A DNA stretch of 64,000 nt from Paramoeba atlantica (Eukaryota > Protista > Discosea), in NCBI GenBank assembly GCA_977017575.1, contig CDRNVI010000073.1, positions 86,421 to 150,420 on the forward strand, given 5' to 3'. Both the position numbers and the translations under genes were made by a program. The number at the start of each line of letters is the position of its first letter. Position 1 is the stretch's first letter. The notes below the pieces were generated by a model, which ran no database searches, had not been told where the DNA came from, and worked only from the letters and a program-made list of their open reading frames with translations. This document shows positions 31,501 through 42,220 of this stretch, one piece after another.

Positions 31501-34120
31501 TCAGCTGTTATCCTGCTGCAATCTAAGTTTTGATGCCATTTCTGGAGCACACACTGTTCCTCTCGAATTTACCTTTTCCAAGAGTTTTCCCCGAACGCAG
31601 TCTTCACCTAAAACCAATGTAGCGCAAAGCAACACAAAGGAAGGCCATTTTTCGTACTCTTCGAAGGATAAAAATTCTTTTTCGCTTGAAAATATTCCAT
31701 GTGATGTTACACTATGTGCCATCGTACGAGATTCTACTCGAGACGTACTTTATTTTGTACGATGGGAAAATTTGCCTTTTGCCTCTGCCACGGAGCCAAC
31801 AGATGCAGAACCCTGTGTTTATTTGTGCGAAATACCCGCGCCTTCCCTGTTGTTTGATCTTGTCGAAAAAGCGCAAAATATTACAAACGAGGCTGCGAAT
31901 CAAGTTGTGCAACATGATCTTGAACTCAACAAAGAACCTCCAAAAGAGGATGCAGAAAAAAAGAATTCTTCCTCGGAGATTTTATCTAAAAATACGGCAG
32001 TCAGCAACAAACGCGGTTCTCATTCAGAGCGCAAAGCTTTTTGGTCACAGCGTGAAGCATTTGACCAAAAATTGGGAGGCGTTGTAAGCTCTATGCAGGA
32101 AGATGTTTGGGGTTCTCTCTGCTATGCGTTACTTCCCTCTTTTCGAATGGATGCAGATCGATTTGAACATGTAGAGAATACAGAACCCACAAAAAGTGAA
32201 ACAACCTCTTTATCTCATGAGGAAAAATTCTCCTTAAAGGAAAAAGCGCTGCTTTCTAAATATCGCACTCGAATTTATGCACTCTTTCTTAAAGGTAATT
32301 CCGATTCTGAAATAGATTCTTCGCGAGCACAAACAATGCAAAATGATAACTTTTCCTGTGTCTTGGGCGTGCTATCCGCCTTCATACGATCGGTTCCTTT
32401 TCTTGAAAATCCTCCCACCATCGAATCATGTTCAAACCGTATTGACACCTCCAAAGCATCCACATCGTCTACGACTCCAGCCGACCGGCTTTTAGATCTT
32501 ATATCCTATTCGATTTGCTCCGACGCTTCTATTCTCATGGAAACAGAACCTTTTAAGAAACGTTTAAAAGACCTCTTACTAGAATTCTATGAAGACTCTT
32601 GTGAAATGTACGATTCCATTTTTGATGGGATGCTGCCTCAAAAACTTTCATTCAATGTTTCGGAGAATCCATCGTACACTTCTACGCTTTCTGGAACGTC
32701 TCCAAAGTTGAGTTCTTCGCCCCTTTTAACGAATCTCTCCGAAACGGATTCAACTTCCTCGTCTTTCTCAAGAACAAAGCGCTTGCTTTCTCACCGTAAA
32801 CTTTGGCTTTTGTTCGACCAGCAACCTCTGAATTCTCAAGGTCTCACACTTCATCATTTCCCATGGGAATCTCTTCCCTGTTTTCGATGGTTTCACAAAG
32901 GCAAACCATCTTCTCATATGGTTCGAATTCCCTCTTTGCGATATGCGATGCAAAGCGTATCGAATTTTGCATTTTTGAATGCACAAAAATGCTCCAAAAA
33001 TACACAGCTTAATGCTGTGTCTCCAAAACAGAACATCAAAGGATTAAAAACGAATACTTTGAGATCGGATCAAGCCTATCCCTATTCTCTGTATTACTGT
33101 TTGAATCCGATGGGCGATACCCATCGGTCACAGGAAACGTTAGAACCTCTTTTACGCAAACTTCCCAACAGCACGGGAAGTGTTGGAAAAATAAAGAGAG
33201 ATGGATACTCAACGGTGGACTGTTGCGATCCGATTTCAGGTTTGCATACAGGAGGGACGTTTCTGTATGTTGGACATGGCAGCGGCTATCGAATTCTTCC
33301 TCGACATAAATTGCTGACTTGTGCAGGAAAAATGAGACGAAGGGAAGCCGAGCAATCCAAACGATATTCGGAAGATCGTGAGGGAGATCAGGAAACTTTG
33401 ACAGAAAATGAAGAGCCCACGCCAAGGAAAAGTTTTTCGGAGTATCTAAAAACACCGTTTTCTCTTTTGGGGAAACTAAAAGAATATATCAAACCCTCAT
33501 CCGAATCCTCTACGAATAATACGGATAATAACAAATCCTCGGAAGTCGAAATGTCGACGGGAAAAGAAGATTCCGAAGAAGTTTCTCGACACTCCCATAC
33601 ATTACTGGATGAAGCGCAAGATGGGAATTTTACAGAATTGCAAGCTTCCACCCGTAGTGCATCTTCATTGGTCTCATCTTCTATTCTTCCTTCTCACACT
33701 GTGCTACTTATGGGTTGCTCCAGTGCATCCTTGAGTGAAGGTCCGTATGCGATTCCTTACACTTTACTTCACTTTGGGGTGCGTCAAGTCCTGTGCACTT
33801 TATGGGATATAACAGATGGCGAAATTGATCGCTACACGAAGCAATATCTCAAAACTGCATTTTTACCTCAGGAAACCGATTCCGATGGAAAACCAGAAGC
33901 GAACGGGTCTGCTCGATCTTTGAGCGAAAACGTTGAAACAGAAATGGGGAATCTTTGCTTGAAGAAAGGAAGCGCCACTTCATCTAAAATCGTTGTCCTT
34001 GAAACAGATCGAAACGTGCTCCCCAAAGATTTTGACCTGCACCACAACATGTTACGCGCACGAGAAGCCCCAAGGCTGTTTTATCTCACAAGTTCATCTG
34101 TAGTCTGTTATGGCACCTAA
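28580..34120 (+). CDS. ESP1: Separase (peptidase C50)
   Basis: C-terminal LHHFPWESLP, YCLNPMGD, FLYVGHGSG (catalytic His), LLMGCSSA (catalytic Cys), LWDITDGEID, YLTSSSVVCYG. Confidence 0.93.
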   Translation: MVLLSTHLPSSRSQKHRSQLHRTQTEHSDCKDHVNGSITSSQSSEHSDTSLVPQESNSPSSSNLKPSSHLHDLEGTKVSSLSKAQCSHELFSSSQLKTLSQSKTDLSAWKDWIHTLNVMDHAVRVFQVTQHLSSGASTKPFAKPLAFEVAHILRQKKCDSVVLKWPFESDFIWESLDDVTLHGRSQLPLCCSLYIQSVLFLLLLALYDATERYSEDNIAKAETDDLSSLNSSLSLLAFCFSYANDASQSMENQRLSSPKPEKHMDQNLEKCKDLCDKIYLYGLHFVCKIAMGNLKDASHPIWILLAHLFSRQTQQAKNKDLMIVPENSIVSKGQGNPSKDSLSKEFTNLRFPINLSSSIFQNVESCLTALLARLIQESWKDFQLGQQKTFDFLESKLDRTVLCHVVTQSRSRTSPKCFQIDLGNDSSKYIPALTTTSSLFLIRFAAVCLLPWIRRMKSEKGTSVVLPKKMHTLLMFIAHSLHYEGYTPLALELWNSLCDEKCCDQSDLYKKDAYLSHALTMSNLEIISKWVDSTQDTLEFLQKLHISGQSLKAETGAADPLQRGSQIAETETTLNDLSVFKRIFTLYHNSFSESSSFPAENILTDLLPLLQKYIPWIVDTQHFRDASHLNLSNQKGTNTPQDTQPQNTVIPKRNTENDTEKTADAISSLPAEHSNEKTSNTNETVIKTQTKNKSHSISSLETAHYIIDSCFFVAELFLSRGDIPSSTRSLCAVLSVLLGSATLLSTRHLLRVLECFSLLSGSVESLVSFSSNDFNDMVQTYRTRSLFAFVSPVSFTRWAFREREFEMRISPAILYSSLNNSASDSIEDDRNDKGKNVLSLVEAEERIYLAPRSLHDINDAFNSLHSMQRTLADVKKDEHRQIELLISTALDADRTLQCPQLLFVLKEFMSRIERLFRRTLKLRSEATKDRLFPIHFWSLHQSCSGHCHTSDRKEFRLTLARIAILCGFTSLAATQLLSCCNLSFDAISGAHTVPLEFTFSKSFPRTQSSPKTNVAQSNTKEGHFSYSSKDKNSFSLENIPCDVTLCAIVRDSTRDVLYFVRWENLPFASATEPTDAEPCVYLCEIPAPSLLFDLVEKAQNITNEAANQVVQHDLELNKEPPKEDAEKKNSSSEILSKNTAVSNKRGSHSERKAFWSQREAFDQKLGGVVSSMQEDVWGSLCYALLPSFRMDADRFEHVENTEPTKSETTSLSHEEKFSLKEKALLSKYRTRIYALFLKGNSDSEIDSSRAQTMQNDNFSCVLGVLSAFIRSVPFLENPPTIESCSNRIDTSKASTSSTTPADRLLDLISYSICSDASILMETEPFKKRLKDLLLEFYEDSCEMYDSIFDGMLPQKLSFNVSENPSYTSTLSGTSPKLSSSPLLTNLSETDSTSSSFSRTKRLLSHRKLWLLFDQQPLNSQGLTLHHFPWESLPCFRWFHKGKPSSHMVRIPSLRYAMQSVSNFAFLNAQKCSKNTQLNAVSPKQNIKGLKTNTLRSDQAYPYSLYYCLNPMGDTHRSQETLEPLLRKLPNSTGSVGKIKRDGYSTVDCCDPISGLHTGGTFLYVGHGSGYRILPRHKLLTCAGKMRRREAEQSKRYSEDREGDQETLTENEEPTPRKSFSEYLKTPFSLLGKLKEYIKPSSESSTNNTDNNKSSEVEMSTGKEDSEEVSRHSHTLLDEAQDGNFTELQASTRSASSLVSSSILPSHTVLLMGCSSASLSEGPYAIPYTLLHFGVRQVLCTLWDITDGEIDRYTKQYLKTAFLPQETDSDGKPEANGSARSLSENVETEMGNLCLKKGSATSSKIVVLETDRNVLPKDFDLHHNMLRAREAPRLFYLTSSSVVCYGT

Positions 34121-34335
34121 TATCACATTCTCTTTTCAACTCTGTCTTACGCACAAAAATACCGCAAAATATTTCAAGGAAAAATACACGTTTTCCTTCA
34201 AAAACATTTTTTTTTTCAAATTTTTATCTTCAATCCAAATTTTTTAATCATAATCCTATTTATATTATTATTATTCCTATATTTTTTTGAAGCTCATTTT
34301 TTTCTTCCCTCTTTTTCTCCCTCCTTCCTTCCTCC

Positions 34336-35616
34336 ATGTCCTACGCCCTTGCGGAGCTCCCCGCAGGCTACGCCCTCATCCGCCTCGAAACCGCCGACAC
34401 CCCCACACTCCACGCGCTCCACAAATTCAAATCCACCAAGGAGGCGCTGCAATCCACCAGCGCTCTTCTTCAAAGCGAACTCTCCCAGCCGCTTAAAAAA
34501 TTCCTAAAACGCAATCTCCCGAAAGAGCAGGTCGAGAGCCTCAGCGTTCTGGATGCGAAATTGGGCAAACTGATCAAATCGGAGCTCAAACTCCCGATTA
34601 TCCATGGGGATGAGGTGCTGGACCAGATGCGGCTGATTCGTGGCGCCATGCACAATCTGCTTACGGAGATTTCCCCCACACAGATGCACCAATCCAGTCT
34701 GGGACTCTCCCATCATTTGAATCGCTACAAACTTCGGTTTTCTCCGGAGAAAATTGACATGATGGTGGTGCAAGCCGTAGCCCTGCTCGATGATTTGGAT
34801 AAGGAATTAAACAAATACGCCATGCGTGCCCGTGAGTGGTACGGCTGGCATTTTCCGGAACTTAGCAAACTGATTGCGGATAATGTGGTGTATGCGAAAA
34901 TCGCGTGTGCCATGAAAACACGCGATCACGCGAAAGAAGCCAACCTCGAGTCTTTTCTCTCCGAGGGGGAGGCCGGGAAAATTCGAGAAGCCGCTCGACT
35001 CTCCATGGGGACCGAAATCAGTGAGGACGACGTGGAGAACATCTGTGCGCTTTGCACGGAGGTGATCTCGACGTCTCACTACCGCGAGCAGCTCGCGGCG
35101 TACCTCTCGAACCGGATGAAAGCGATTGCGCCGAATTTAACCACCATGGTGGGGGAACAAATCGGGGCCCGGTTGATTCAAAAAGCCGGGAGTTTACTGG
35201 CGCTAGCAAAGTTCCCCGCCTCTACGGTACAAATTTTAGGCGCCGAGAAAGCTCTTTTTCGTGCGCTGAAGAAGAAGCAGGCCACTCCGAAGTATGGGCT
35301 GCTGTATAACGCCTCCTTGGTGACGCAGGCCCCGACACAGAATAAGGGCACCATGTCGCGTGTGCTGGCCGCGAAGACCTCGTTAAGCGCCCGGGTGGAT
35401 AGTTTCGCGGAAAGTGAAATGGCCCCGGCCGCGGGGTACCGTGAAAAAGTGCTCCAGCGCTTGAAATCGTTTGAGGAAACCGTGGCGTACGGGCGTACCG
35501 GAAAAACGAGAGGCGCGAACGTGGGGGCGTCTGGAGGAGGAGAGGGGGGACATCCGAAACGGCATCGAGGGGAGGAAGGGGAAGGGGGGAGAGAGGGAAA
35601 GTCGCGAAAGATGTGA
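34336..35616 (+). CDS. NOP58: Nucleolar protein 58 (box C/D snoRNP)
   Basis: LGLSHHLNRYKLRFSPEKIDMMVVQAVALLDDLDKELN, REWYGWHFPEL, STVQILGAEKALFRALK, TPKYGLLY. Confidence 0.92.
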   Translation: MSYALAELPAGYALIRLETADTPTLHALHKFKSTKEALQSTSALLQSELSQPLKKFLKRNLPKEQVESLSVLDAKLGKLIKSELKLPIIHGDEVLDQMRLIRGAMHNLLTEISPTQMHQSSLGLSHHLNRYKLRFSPEKIDMMVVQAVALLDDLDKELNKYAMRAREWYGWHFPELSKLIADNVVYAKIACAMKTRDHAKEANLESFLSEGEAGKIREAARLSMGTEISEDDVENICALCTEVISTSHYREQLAAYLSNRMKAIAPNLTTMVGEQIGARLIQKAGSLLALAKFPASTVQILGAEKALFRALKKKQATPKYGLLYNASLVTQAPTQNKGTMSRVLAAKTSLSARVDSFAESEMAPAAGYREKVLQRLKSFEETVAYGRTGKTRGANVGASGGGEGGHPKRHRGEEGEGGREGKSRKM

Positions 35617-36067
35617 AAAGTTGAAGAAAGGGGGTAAAAAAGTGGGAGTGGGGGTATTTTTTGAAGTAATTGGAGGGTAGGGGTAAGGAAATAAGGGGGA
35701 ATGGTTTTGTTTAAGAGCGTATTGAATGGTTTTTAATAGCAGAATAAATTTGCAGGTTTGAATCATTTTGTAGTACAGTAAATTCCCGAAACAATTTTTT
35801 GGACGCAAGTAGAGAGAGTAGTTGTTGTCACAAACTACAAGTACCCGAAAACATTTGTGTACAAATTTTTGGCTCTTTTTTATTTATGTGAACTTAACGT
35901 TGTCATTTTGCAAAGTGGTCAATCTCGCACGTGTTTTACATGATAATTTGAAACAAAAGATAATTTTCTTTATCAAGTCCTGTATTTCCAGCAGTTTTTT
36001 ATTTCATTTGTCCGCTAGTCTAACTTCGTTTTTTTCAATCCCATTTCGCCCTCTTCAATACATAAAA

Positions 36068-39000
36068 ATGCCATCTGCGCTAAGGAAACCTACCGAAGCA
36101 CGTTCTTATATACAATCCCTAAGGCGACTTTCCCTTTTATTTACGCTTCTTCTCTGCAGTTTCGGGTACGGACCTTTTTTCTCGCATCGGAACACGAAAT
36201 CTTTCCACCCGCACTCCTCTTTTTCCCTTCCGGGAGTTCGTGCCGAAATGGTGGGTATTGATTTGGGATCGGAATTTGTAAAACTTGCCAAAGTGCAGTC
36301 CGGTCCCTCCCGAGGGGCCCCGATTGAGATTGTGCTCAACGAACAGACACGACGAAAAACACCCAACGTGGTGGGGTTCCGAAATTCTGATTTATACGTG
36401 GGTGAGAACGCAAAGGCGTTATGTGGTCGTTTTCCTCAACATATGGCGCCTATGATGAATCGAATTGTGGGGGAAAGTTTTGATTCGAACGGATTTACGG
36501 ATGAGAAAGAATCGGAAAACGGTGATTCGGAAGCCCATCCCCACGAGCGCACCTCTTTAAAAGACTGGTTTTCACGTGATTTAGCCTTTACCAATCAAAT
36601 CGAGCGTAACCCCGCACGTAACACCATTTCCGTCGTTCTCCCGGCTGCCCCTTCTCCCTTTCTTCCCACCGAAGAAAATGTCGACCCCTCGGAGGGAACC
36701 TCAGAAGAAACCTCACCCCCTGCATCCCCAAATACCCCAATCTCCCCTCTACCCTCCGGCATCCACCCCTACGACCCCGAAACCCTTCTCGGTTTCCTCT
36801 TTTCCTATCTCTATGATCTCACCAAAGCCGCAAACCTCCACCTCCCCTCCTCCCCTTCGTTGTCTCCAAAACCGAGGGCCCAAAAAATAAAGAAACAAAA
36901 ATCAAATCAACCTAAATCTTTTTCAAAAGAATCAGAAGATTCTAAAGAAGAATTTCACGAATCTTTTATGGCGCCTCAAATGAAGAATATTGAAGCCGCT
37001 CTGGTCGTTCCCTATTTCTTCAACACACGACAACGCGAGGGTTTGGTCCATGCCGCGGCGCTGGGAGGGATTGCGGTGAACGCCATCCTCCACACCACAA
37101 CCGCGGTCGCGCTGCACTACGGGGTCCAAAACCGAGGCCTGGGCAACGCCTCGCTGTATTTTATGGTGTTCGACATGGGCGCCTCTCGCACCGAGGCGGG
37201 GATTTATCACTATGAGCCTCCGGAACCGGGCGCCCCGAACGCGGAGGCTTTTGGCACACTTCGCACCGTTTCACTCGCGAGTGATCGGTTTTTAGGCACC
37301 CGATTGTTTGATCGTCGTCTCGCGGAGGTGATCGCTGCGGAATTCACCGCGAAAACGAAAATAAAGATTGACCTTTCATTAGGGGCAAAGGCCTCGGCTG
37401 CGGAACGAAAAGGTTCAGCCTCGTTGTTGCGCGCCGCAAATGGGCTGCGGGAAGTGCTAAGTGCGAATCGGTACGCTCCGGTTACGGTGGAGAGTATTGT
37501 CCAGGATCGGGACTTTTCGACCACCATCACACGTGAGCTTTTTGAATCAAAATGTGTGGATCTATTTGAACGTGCACGGCGGGTCGCGGAAAAGGCCCTG
37601 CAAAGAGCGAATCTTTCGCCGGATGATTTAGCCTCATTGGAGATTCACGGTGGAGGGGTACGGATGCCCAAGGTTCTGGACGATTTAGCGCAGCTTTATG
37701 GTAAACCGGTTGATCGCACGTTAAATGGGGACGAAAGTGCAGCGCTGGGGGCTGCTTTTTATGCTGCAAAACGAAGCGGAATGTTTTCTGCTCGAGGCTT
37801 TCGCATTGAAGAGCTAAATCCGCATTCGCTGGACTTCGTAGTGTCCGATGGGAAGGCTGTGCCGGAGAGTGCAGAGCCAATGGCAGAGGAAAATTCTGAA
37901 ATCGACACCAATTCGGTACTAGGGGATGACACAAAGGCGGCCGTTGCAAAAGGTAAAATCTCGACTCCCCGAACTCTTTTTGTGGGATATAACTCATCTT
38001 ATCCGAGCTCACGAAAAACTATTACGCTTCATCGCACAGAGGATTTTTCAGTTTCTTTTCGTGAGGACAAACGTCTTGAAAACACAGTCACGCTTTCTCC
38101 GATTCATGACGCACTTACGTCCTGGGGTTACTTCGACCCCGAGTTGTCTCATCCGGATAATAAACAGAAGGTACAGCTGGAAACCAGAATTGGGGAAAAC
38201 GGCATTTTAGACGTTTCACAAGCGGAATTAGTATTCAACGAGTGGCGTAATATTTCTCGAATGGTCCGAAAACGAGCTGTAGCAAAACCGAATCAAGGTG
38301 GAGAACAGGGAAACTCGGAAATGCAAAACGTTGAAAAAGGGGAAAATCAAAAGGATTCGGCACTATCCGAAGATAATTCTGCGGTATCACAAGAAAAGAC
38401 AACATCTGACGTCGAAAATGAAGTTGAAACAATGAAAACAAATGAAGAACCTGCGACGAAAGAATCAAATTCTTCTGTACAGTCAGACAACTCATCTGCC
38501 AAAGACTTCACAACCCCTACCGATCTCAACAACGACCTCGTTTTTGAACGCGAATACAAACTTGAGCTCACTGAACATCGCACCCCGTTAAATCTTATCT
38601 GGACCTATTCCTTCCCTCAACCCCTTAGTTCACACGACAGAATACAAACGCAGTCGTTTCTGCATCGACAACTTGCCTATGAGACACACAAACGAAAAAC
38701 AGCCGCGGCTAAGAATGATCTCGAGGCTTTGCTTTTGGACACTCTTACCGAATGGATTCCCCATCACCGAACGTATGGGTTTATTAAAAAACATGAAGAA
38801 GAACCGATACGCACAATTATGGAAGATATTAAGGCATGGCTGGAAGAGGGAGATGGATGCACCATGTCGGTAACACATTTCCATTTTGAGGAAAAAATTC
38901 GTGAGGTTCATGCCGAAAAAGAAAAAATTGAGGAACGCAAAAGGCCGAAAAGGGAAGAGAAAACTATGAGTAATGAAACGGCAGGAAATGGAAGCAATGC

Positions 39001-39109
39001 TTCGCAAGCTGCGCCTTCTTCTGGTGTAGACGGAAATGATACCTCTACCGAAATGGACACAGAATCCGTATCCTCAACTAATTCTGCTACGCAGAAAGAA
39101 GAATTGTAG
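36068..39109 (+). CDS. ER Hsp70-family nucleotide exchange factor (Grp170/HYOU1/Lhs1-like)
   Basis: Hydrophobic leader; VGIDLGSEFVK, IVLNEQTRRKTP, FDMGASRT, GGGVRMPKV, TLNGDESAALGA, AKNDLEA; C-terminal KEEL ER-retention-like signal. First ATG 36068. Confidence 0.9.
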   Translation: MPSALRKPTEARSYIQSLRRLSLLFTLLLCSFGYGPFFSHRNTKSFHPHSSFSLPGVRAEMVGIDLGSEFVKLAKVQSGPSRGAPIEIVLNEQTRRKTPNVVGFRNSDLYVGENAKALCGRFPQHMAPMMNRIVGESFDSNGFTDEKESENGDSEAHPHERTSLKDWFSRDLAFTNQIERNPARNTISVVLPAAPSPFLPTEENVDPSEGTSEETSPPASPNTPISPLPSGIHPYDPETLLGFLFSYLYDLTKAANLHLPSSPSLSPKPRAQKIKKQKSNQPKSFSKESEDSKEEFHESFMAPQMKNIEAALVVPYFFNTRQREGLVHAAALGGIAVNAILHTTTAVALHYGVQNRGLGNASLYFMVFDMGASRTEAGIYHYEPPEPGAPNAEAFGTLRTVSLASDRFLGTRLFDRRLAEVIAAEFTAKTKIKIDLSLGAKASAAERKGSASLLRAANGLREVLSANRYAPVTVESIVQDRDFSTTITRELFESKCVDLFERARRVAEKALQRANLSPDDLASLEIHGGGVRMPKVLDDLAQLYGKPVDRTLNGDESAALGAAFYAAKRSGMFSARGFRIEELNPHSLDFVVSDGKAVPESAEPMAEENSEIDTNSVLGDDTKAAVAKGKISTPRTLFVGYNSSYPSSRKTITLHRTEDFSVSFREDKRLENTVTLSPIHDALTSWGYFDPELSHPDNKQKVQLETRIGENGILDVSQAELVFNEWRNISRMVRKRAVAKPNQGGEQGNSEMQNVEKGENQKDSALSEDNSAVSQEKTTSDVENEVETMKTNEEPATKESNSSVQSDNSSAKDFTTPTDLNNDLVFEREYKLELTEHRTPLNLIWTYSFPQPLSSHDRIQTQSFLHRQLAYETHKRKTAAAKNDLEALLLDTLTEWIPHHRTYGFIKKHEEEPIRTIMEDIKAWLEEGDGCTMSVTHFHFEEKIREVHAEKEKIEERKRPKREEKTMSNETAGNGSNASQAAPSSGVDGNDTSTEMDTESVSSTNSATQKEEL

Positions 39110-39439
39110 CCTCACAAAATCACAAAAGACGGACGTGGTTCAACGAAACAGGGATGATGAAATCTTAAAATAGACGCCATTTTGCTTCTTTTTGCTGTCT
39201 TCATCTTTTAAGTCATTTTCTAACACGTTTTGCGTACAGAAACTTATGGGCGATGCATTTCGTTGTTATTGAATGAATAAATTATGTCCCTTTTTTGGTT
39301 AAAATTCGTAATATGCACCATTGTATTACTTACCATAATGACTTCAATTTTATGATCTGCTTTTTAAAGCTCCTGATTTCTCACCTATTTTTTCAGTAAA
39401 TTAGACCCAAACGTTCGCTTGGTACGCTTCCTATTTTTA

Positions 39440-42028
39440 ATGCCATTTTCTTCGCTCCCTCGCTCTTGGGCTTTTTCACAACCTCTCCTACGTCATCTCG
39501 CGCTCCTTTTTTCTGTGTCTCTTTTCTTTATCCGAGACCGTTACAGAACTTCCCCCTTTCCGAGTGTTCTCTCCTCCGACGCCCCCCCTCTCTTTGCCTC
39601 TCCGACAACACCTTCTCCGGATTTTCCTATTCATTCCCCGGTTCCTTCTTTCCCTCCAATTTTTACCAATCACTCAAGCACATCTTCCTCACTACCTGGG
39701 TCTTCTGCTCTTCCTTCCGTTGCTTTTTCTTCCGTTTCTCGTGATTTAGTCTCTCGACAGCGGCTACTTACGACGAAACCCTCACATGCCCAGCTGTATC
39801 AGGGAACCGGATTTTCCTCTTCCTTTAGTATGCGAGGCCATCCCATTTCAAAAGAGTATCCAAAACGAAAACAGGCAAGTCCGCAAATGTCGACCAACGT
39901 TGCCTCCGGGAAGATCCAAACGCCCTGGGGCTTTGCTAATCCCTCGCAAGGCAATTTTTCACAAAGTCCGTTTTTGGCCGCGGCTTCGTCTTCCACAGTG
40001 GGGAGAGCCAACATTTCGACACCTCCTTGGATATGGCAAAAGTCATCTGGAGGGGACGAAATGAAAAGCAGGGCCTATCCTTCTCCTTTTCAAAGCACAC
40101 ACTCGTCGGGGACACAAAATCCGGCTCTGCATAAACCACTTGCATTACCATGGGGGACCTCCACTTCCTTTTCCTCTTTTTCTGCACAACAGGAGGGAAA
40201 TGAATCTTACCCTTCCAGCGTAAACGAGAAGCCTTTTTGGGACTCTGGGGGATCTGAAACTGTGTTACAAAAGGAAACGATAGAGAAATCGCCCACACTG
40301 GAGGAAATTTATTCGGCTCAGCCCTATCCTCCCCCCACCCATGGCGCACACTACGCTGAGGTCAACATTGGCGAACGCGATGTGGTGCAAAAAGATCCGT
40401 TTTCGGAGTCCACCTATGAGATTCCTGCAGGCACAGGCTCACTGTATACCTCCCATTCCACAGCCTACCCCTTTTCCTTTGTCCCGGAAGTGCCCTCAAA
40501 TCGGTCATCTTTGCAACCTTTCTTTCCTTCCCATACCTCTTCGTTTGAGTACGATTCGCCCACGATGGGGACGCGAACGTCTTCCGCGACCTCATCCATT
40601 TTACTTTCTCATCACACAGGAAATACGCAGGATGAAGGAGAAATGGATCCCCATGTTTTGGAATCCACTTTTCAACCCTTAGGGCCTCAACCGGGTTTGA
40701 CAAAAGATCCATCTTCTTCACTTTTGTTTGAGAAAGTAAATATTCAAAACCGAAGCCCTTTGCGTGCGACCGCTTTTTCGTCGCCCCCTTTTTCCTCTCC
40801 TCAACGTTTGGTAGGTAAATTGACATCGCCTCCGTTGACATCTGAAACGATCCGAAAATCAACCCCTGGAAAAGGAAACCTACAAGAAACCGAACACCCT
40901 AATCTCGAGAAAGTAGAACGACCCGAGCCACGACGCGAAACAGCACAACACTACCTCGAAAGAAAAAAAGATGCGAGAGGAACAACCGAACCCACCACAG
41001 AACCCTCCCTATTCGAAAAACAACAAAAAAATACAAATTTTACCCCCAACTTCACAAATCCAACGGCAAATTTGCGAAAATCACCTCCTTTTCCCCCTTC
41101 CACCGCAACTTTCACAAATCCAACCGCAAATCTCCCCCAATCACCTCCTTTTCCCCCTTCCACCGCAAAATTAACCCATCTCACCGCTAATTTGTCCCAT
41201 CCCACCGCAAATCCCACCCCTCCAGCTCCAACCCTCCCCTCCCCCACCCCCCCCAACACCCCCGTCATCCCCCTCGGCCTCACCCTCCACATCGCCGCCC
41301 CCTCCACCCCCCCCTCCCCCATCCTCCGTCCCCTCAGTCCCCTCCCCTCTACTTTCTACTCTTCTCTTCACTCTATGAACGCTACGAACCCGAAATCCCC
41401 CAAAATCCGCCCCGGGCCGCAAGACATCGGGGAGTGGAATCTCCTCCGCGACGACTACGCCGTGAAGCCCAGCGACTGGCTCGACCGCTCCGCGGACGGC
41501 ACCTGCAGCGCCCGGCCCCGGCGGCTCTCCGTGTGCCACATGGAGAACCCGTTGCAGCTGCGGATCACGCTGTGCGAGAGTGTGCGCCGGTACTACGGGC
41601 TGCTGCTGCACACGTGGATCCGGGCGGCCCGGGACTGGAGATGTGCCTCGCTGGAGCTCCCGGAGATTGGACCGGAGCGGCTGGTGTGGCTGGATTGTGA
41701 GGCGGACCCGATGGTGGTGAGGGAGGGACCGCCTAAGGTGTTTGATCGGTTGTTGATGCCAAAAGCCCATGAGCGGTTGTTTTTTGAGCATTTTATACGG
41801 TATTTGCCGGAGGAGACGGCGGGGGTGCTGGAGAGGCATTTTGCGCAGGCCCCGTTGGTGGCGGTGCAGGAGTATGATCGGAGGTTGGAGGTGCGGTTGG
41901 GGTATTTGTATGCGGAGTGGACGGGGGGACGGTCGCAAATGATTTTTACGTTTTTGAATACGCATACCGAGGCGTTTTTTAAGCTCTTGTTTTGGTTTTG
42001 TTTGGGGATTTGTATTTATTTGACGTAG
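39440..42028 (+). CDS. Hypothetical Ser/Pro-rich protein with a globular C-terminal region and terminal hydrophobic segment
   Basis: Long ORF on the cluster strand; internal 60-bp duplication (NFTNPTANL..SPPFPPSTA); ends FFKLLFWFCLGICIYLT. Start uncertain. Confidence 0.65.
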   Translation: MPFSSLPRSWAFSQPLLRHLALLFSVSLFFIRDRYRTSPFPSVLSSDAPPLFASPTTPSPDFPIHSPVPSFPPIFTNHSSTSSSLPGSSALPSVAFSSVSRDLVSRQRLLTTKPSHAQLYQGTGFSSSFSMRGHPISKEYPKRKQASPQMSTNVASGKIQTPWGFANPSQGNFSQSPFLAAASSSTVGRANISTPPWIWQKSSGGDEMKSRAYPSPFQSTHSSGTQNPALHKPLALPWGTSTSFSSFSAQQEGNESYPSSVNEKPFWDSGGSETVLQKETIEKSPTLEEIYSAQPYPPPTHGAHYAEVNIGERDVVQKDPFSESTYEIPAGTGSLYTSHSTAYPFSFVPEVPSNRSSLQPFFPSHTSSFEYDSPTMGTRTSSATSSILLSHHTGNTQDEGEMDPHVLESTFQPLGPQPGLTKDPSSSLLFEKVNIQNRSPLRATAFSSPPFSSPQRLVGKLTSPPLTSETIRKSTPGKGNLQETEHPNLEKVERPEPRRETAQHYLERKKDARGTTEPTTEPSLFEKQQKNTNFTPNFTNPTANLRKSPPFPPSTATFTNPTANLPQSPPFPPSTAKLTHLTANLSHPTANPTPPAPTLPSPTPPNTPVIPLGLTLHIAAPSTPPSPILRPLSPLPSTFYSSLHSMNATNPKSPKIRPGPQDIGEWNLLRDDYAVKPSDWLDRSADGTCSARPRRLSVCHMENPLQLRITLCESVRRYYGLLLHTWIRAARDWRCASLELPEIGPERLVWLDCEADPMVVREGPPKVFDRLLMPKAHERLFFEHFIRYLPEETAGVLERHFAQAPLVAVQEYDRRLEVRLGYLYAEWTGGRSQMIFTFLNTHTEAFFKLLFWFCLGICIYLT

Positions 42029-42220
42029 GGGGGAAAGTGAAACAAATGCAGTGGTGTGGGCTCTGGGAAAGGAATCTTTTTGAACCTCCTTGCTTATTCT
42101 TAAAAACACGTTTGGTGCAATACAGTTTTTGTTTTAGAAGAAAAAAAATTGGTGTTCTTTTTTAAGTTTTTTTTCAATGGATTAGTCTTTTCGTTCTATC
42201 TATTCTCTCCTTTATTTTTT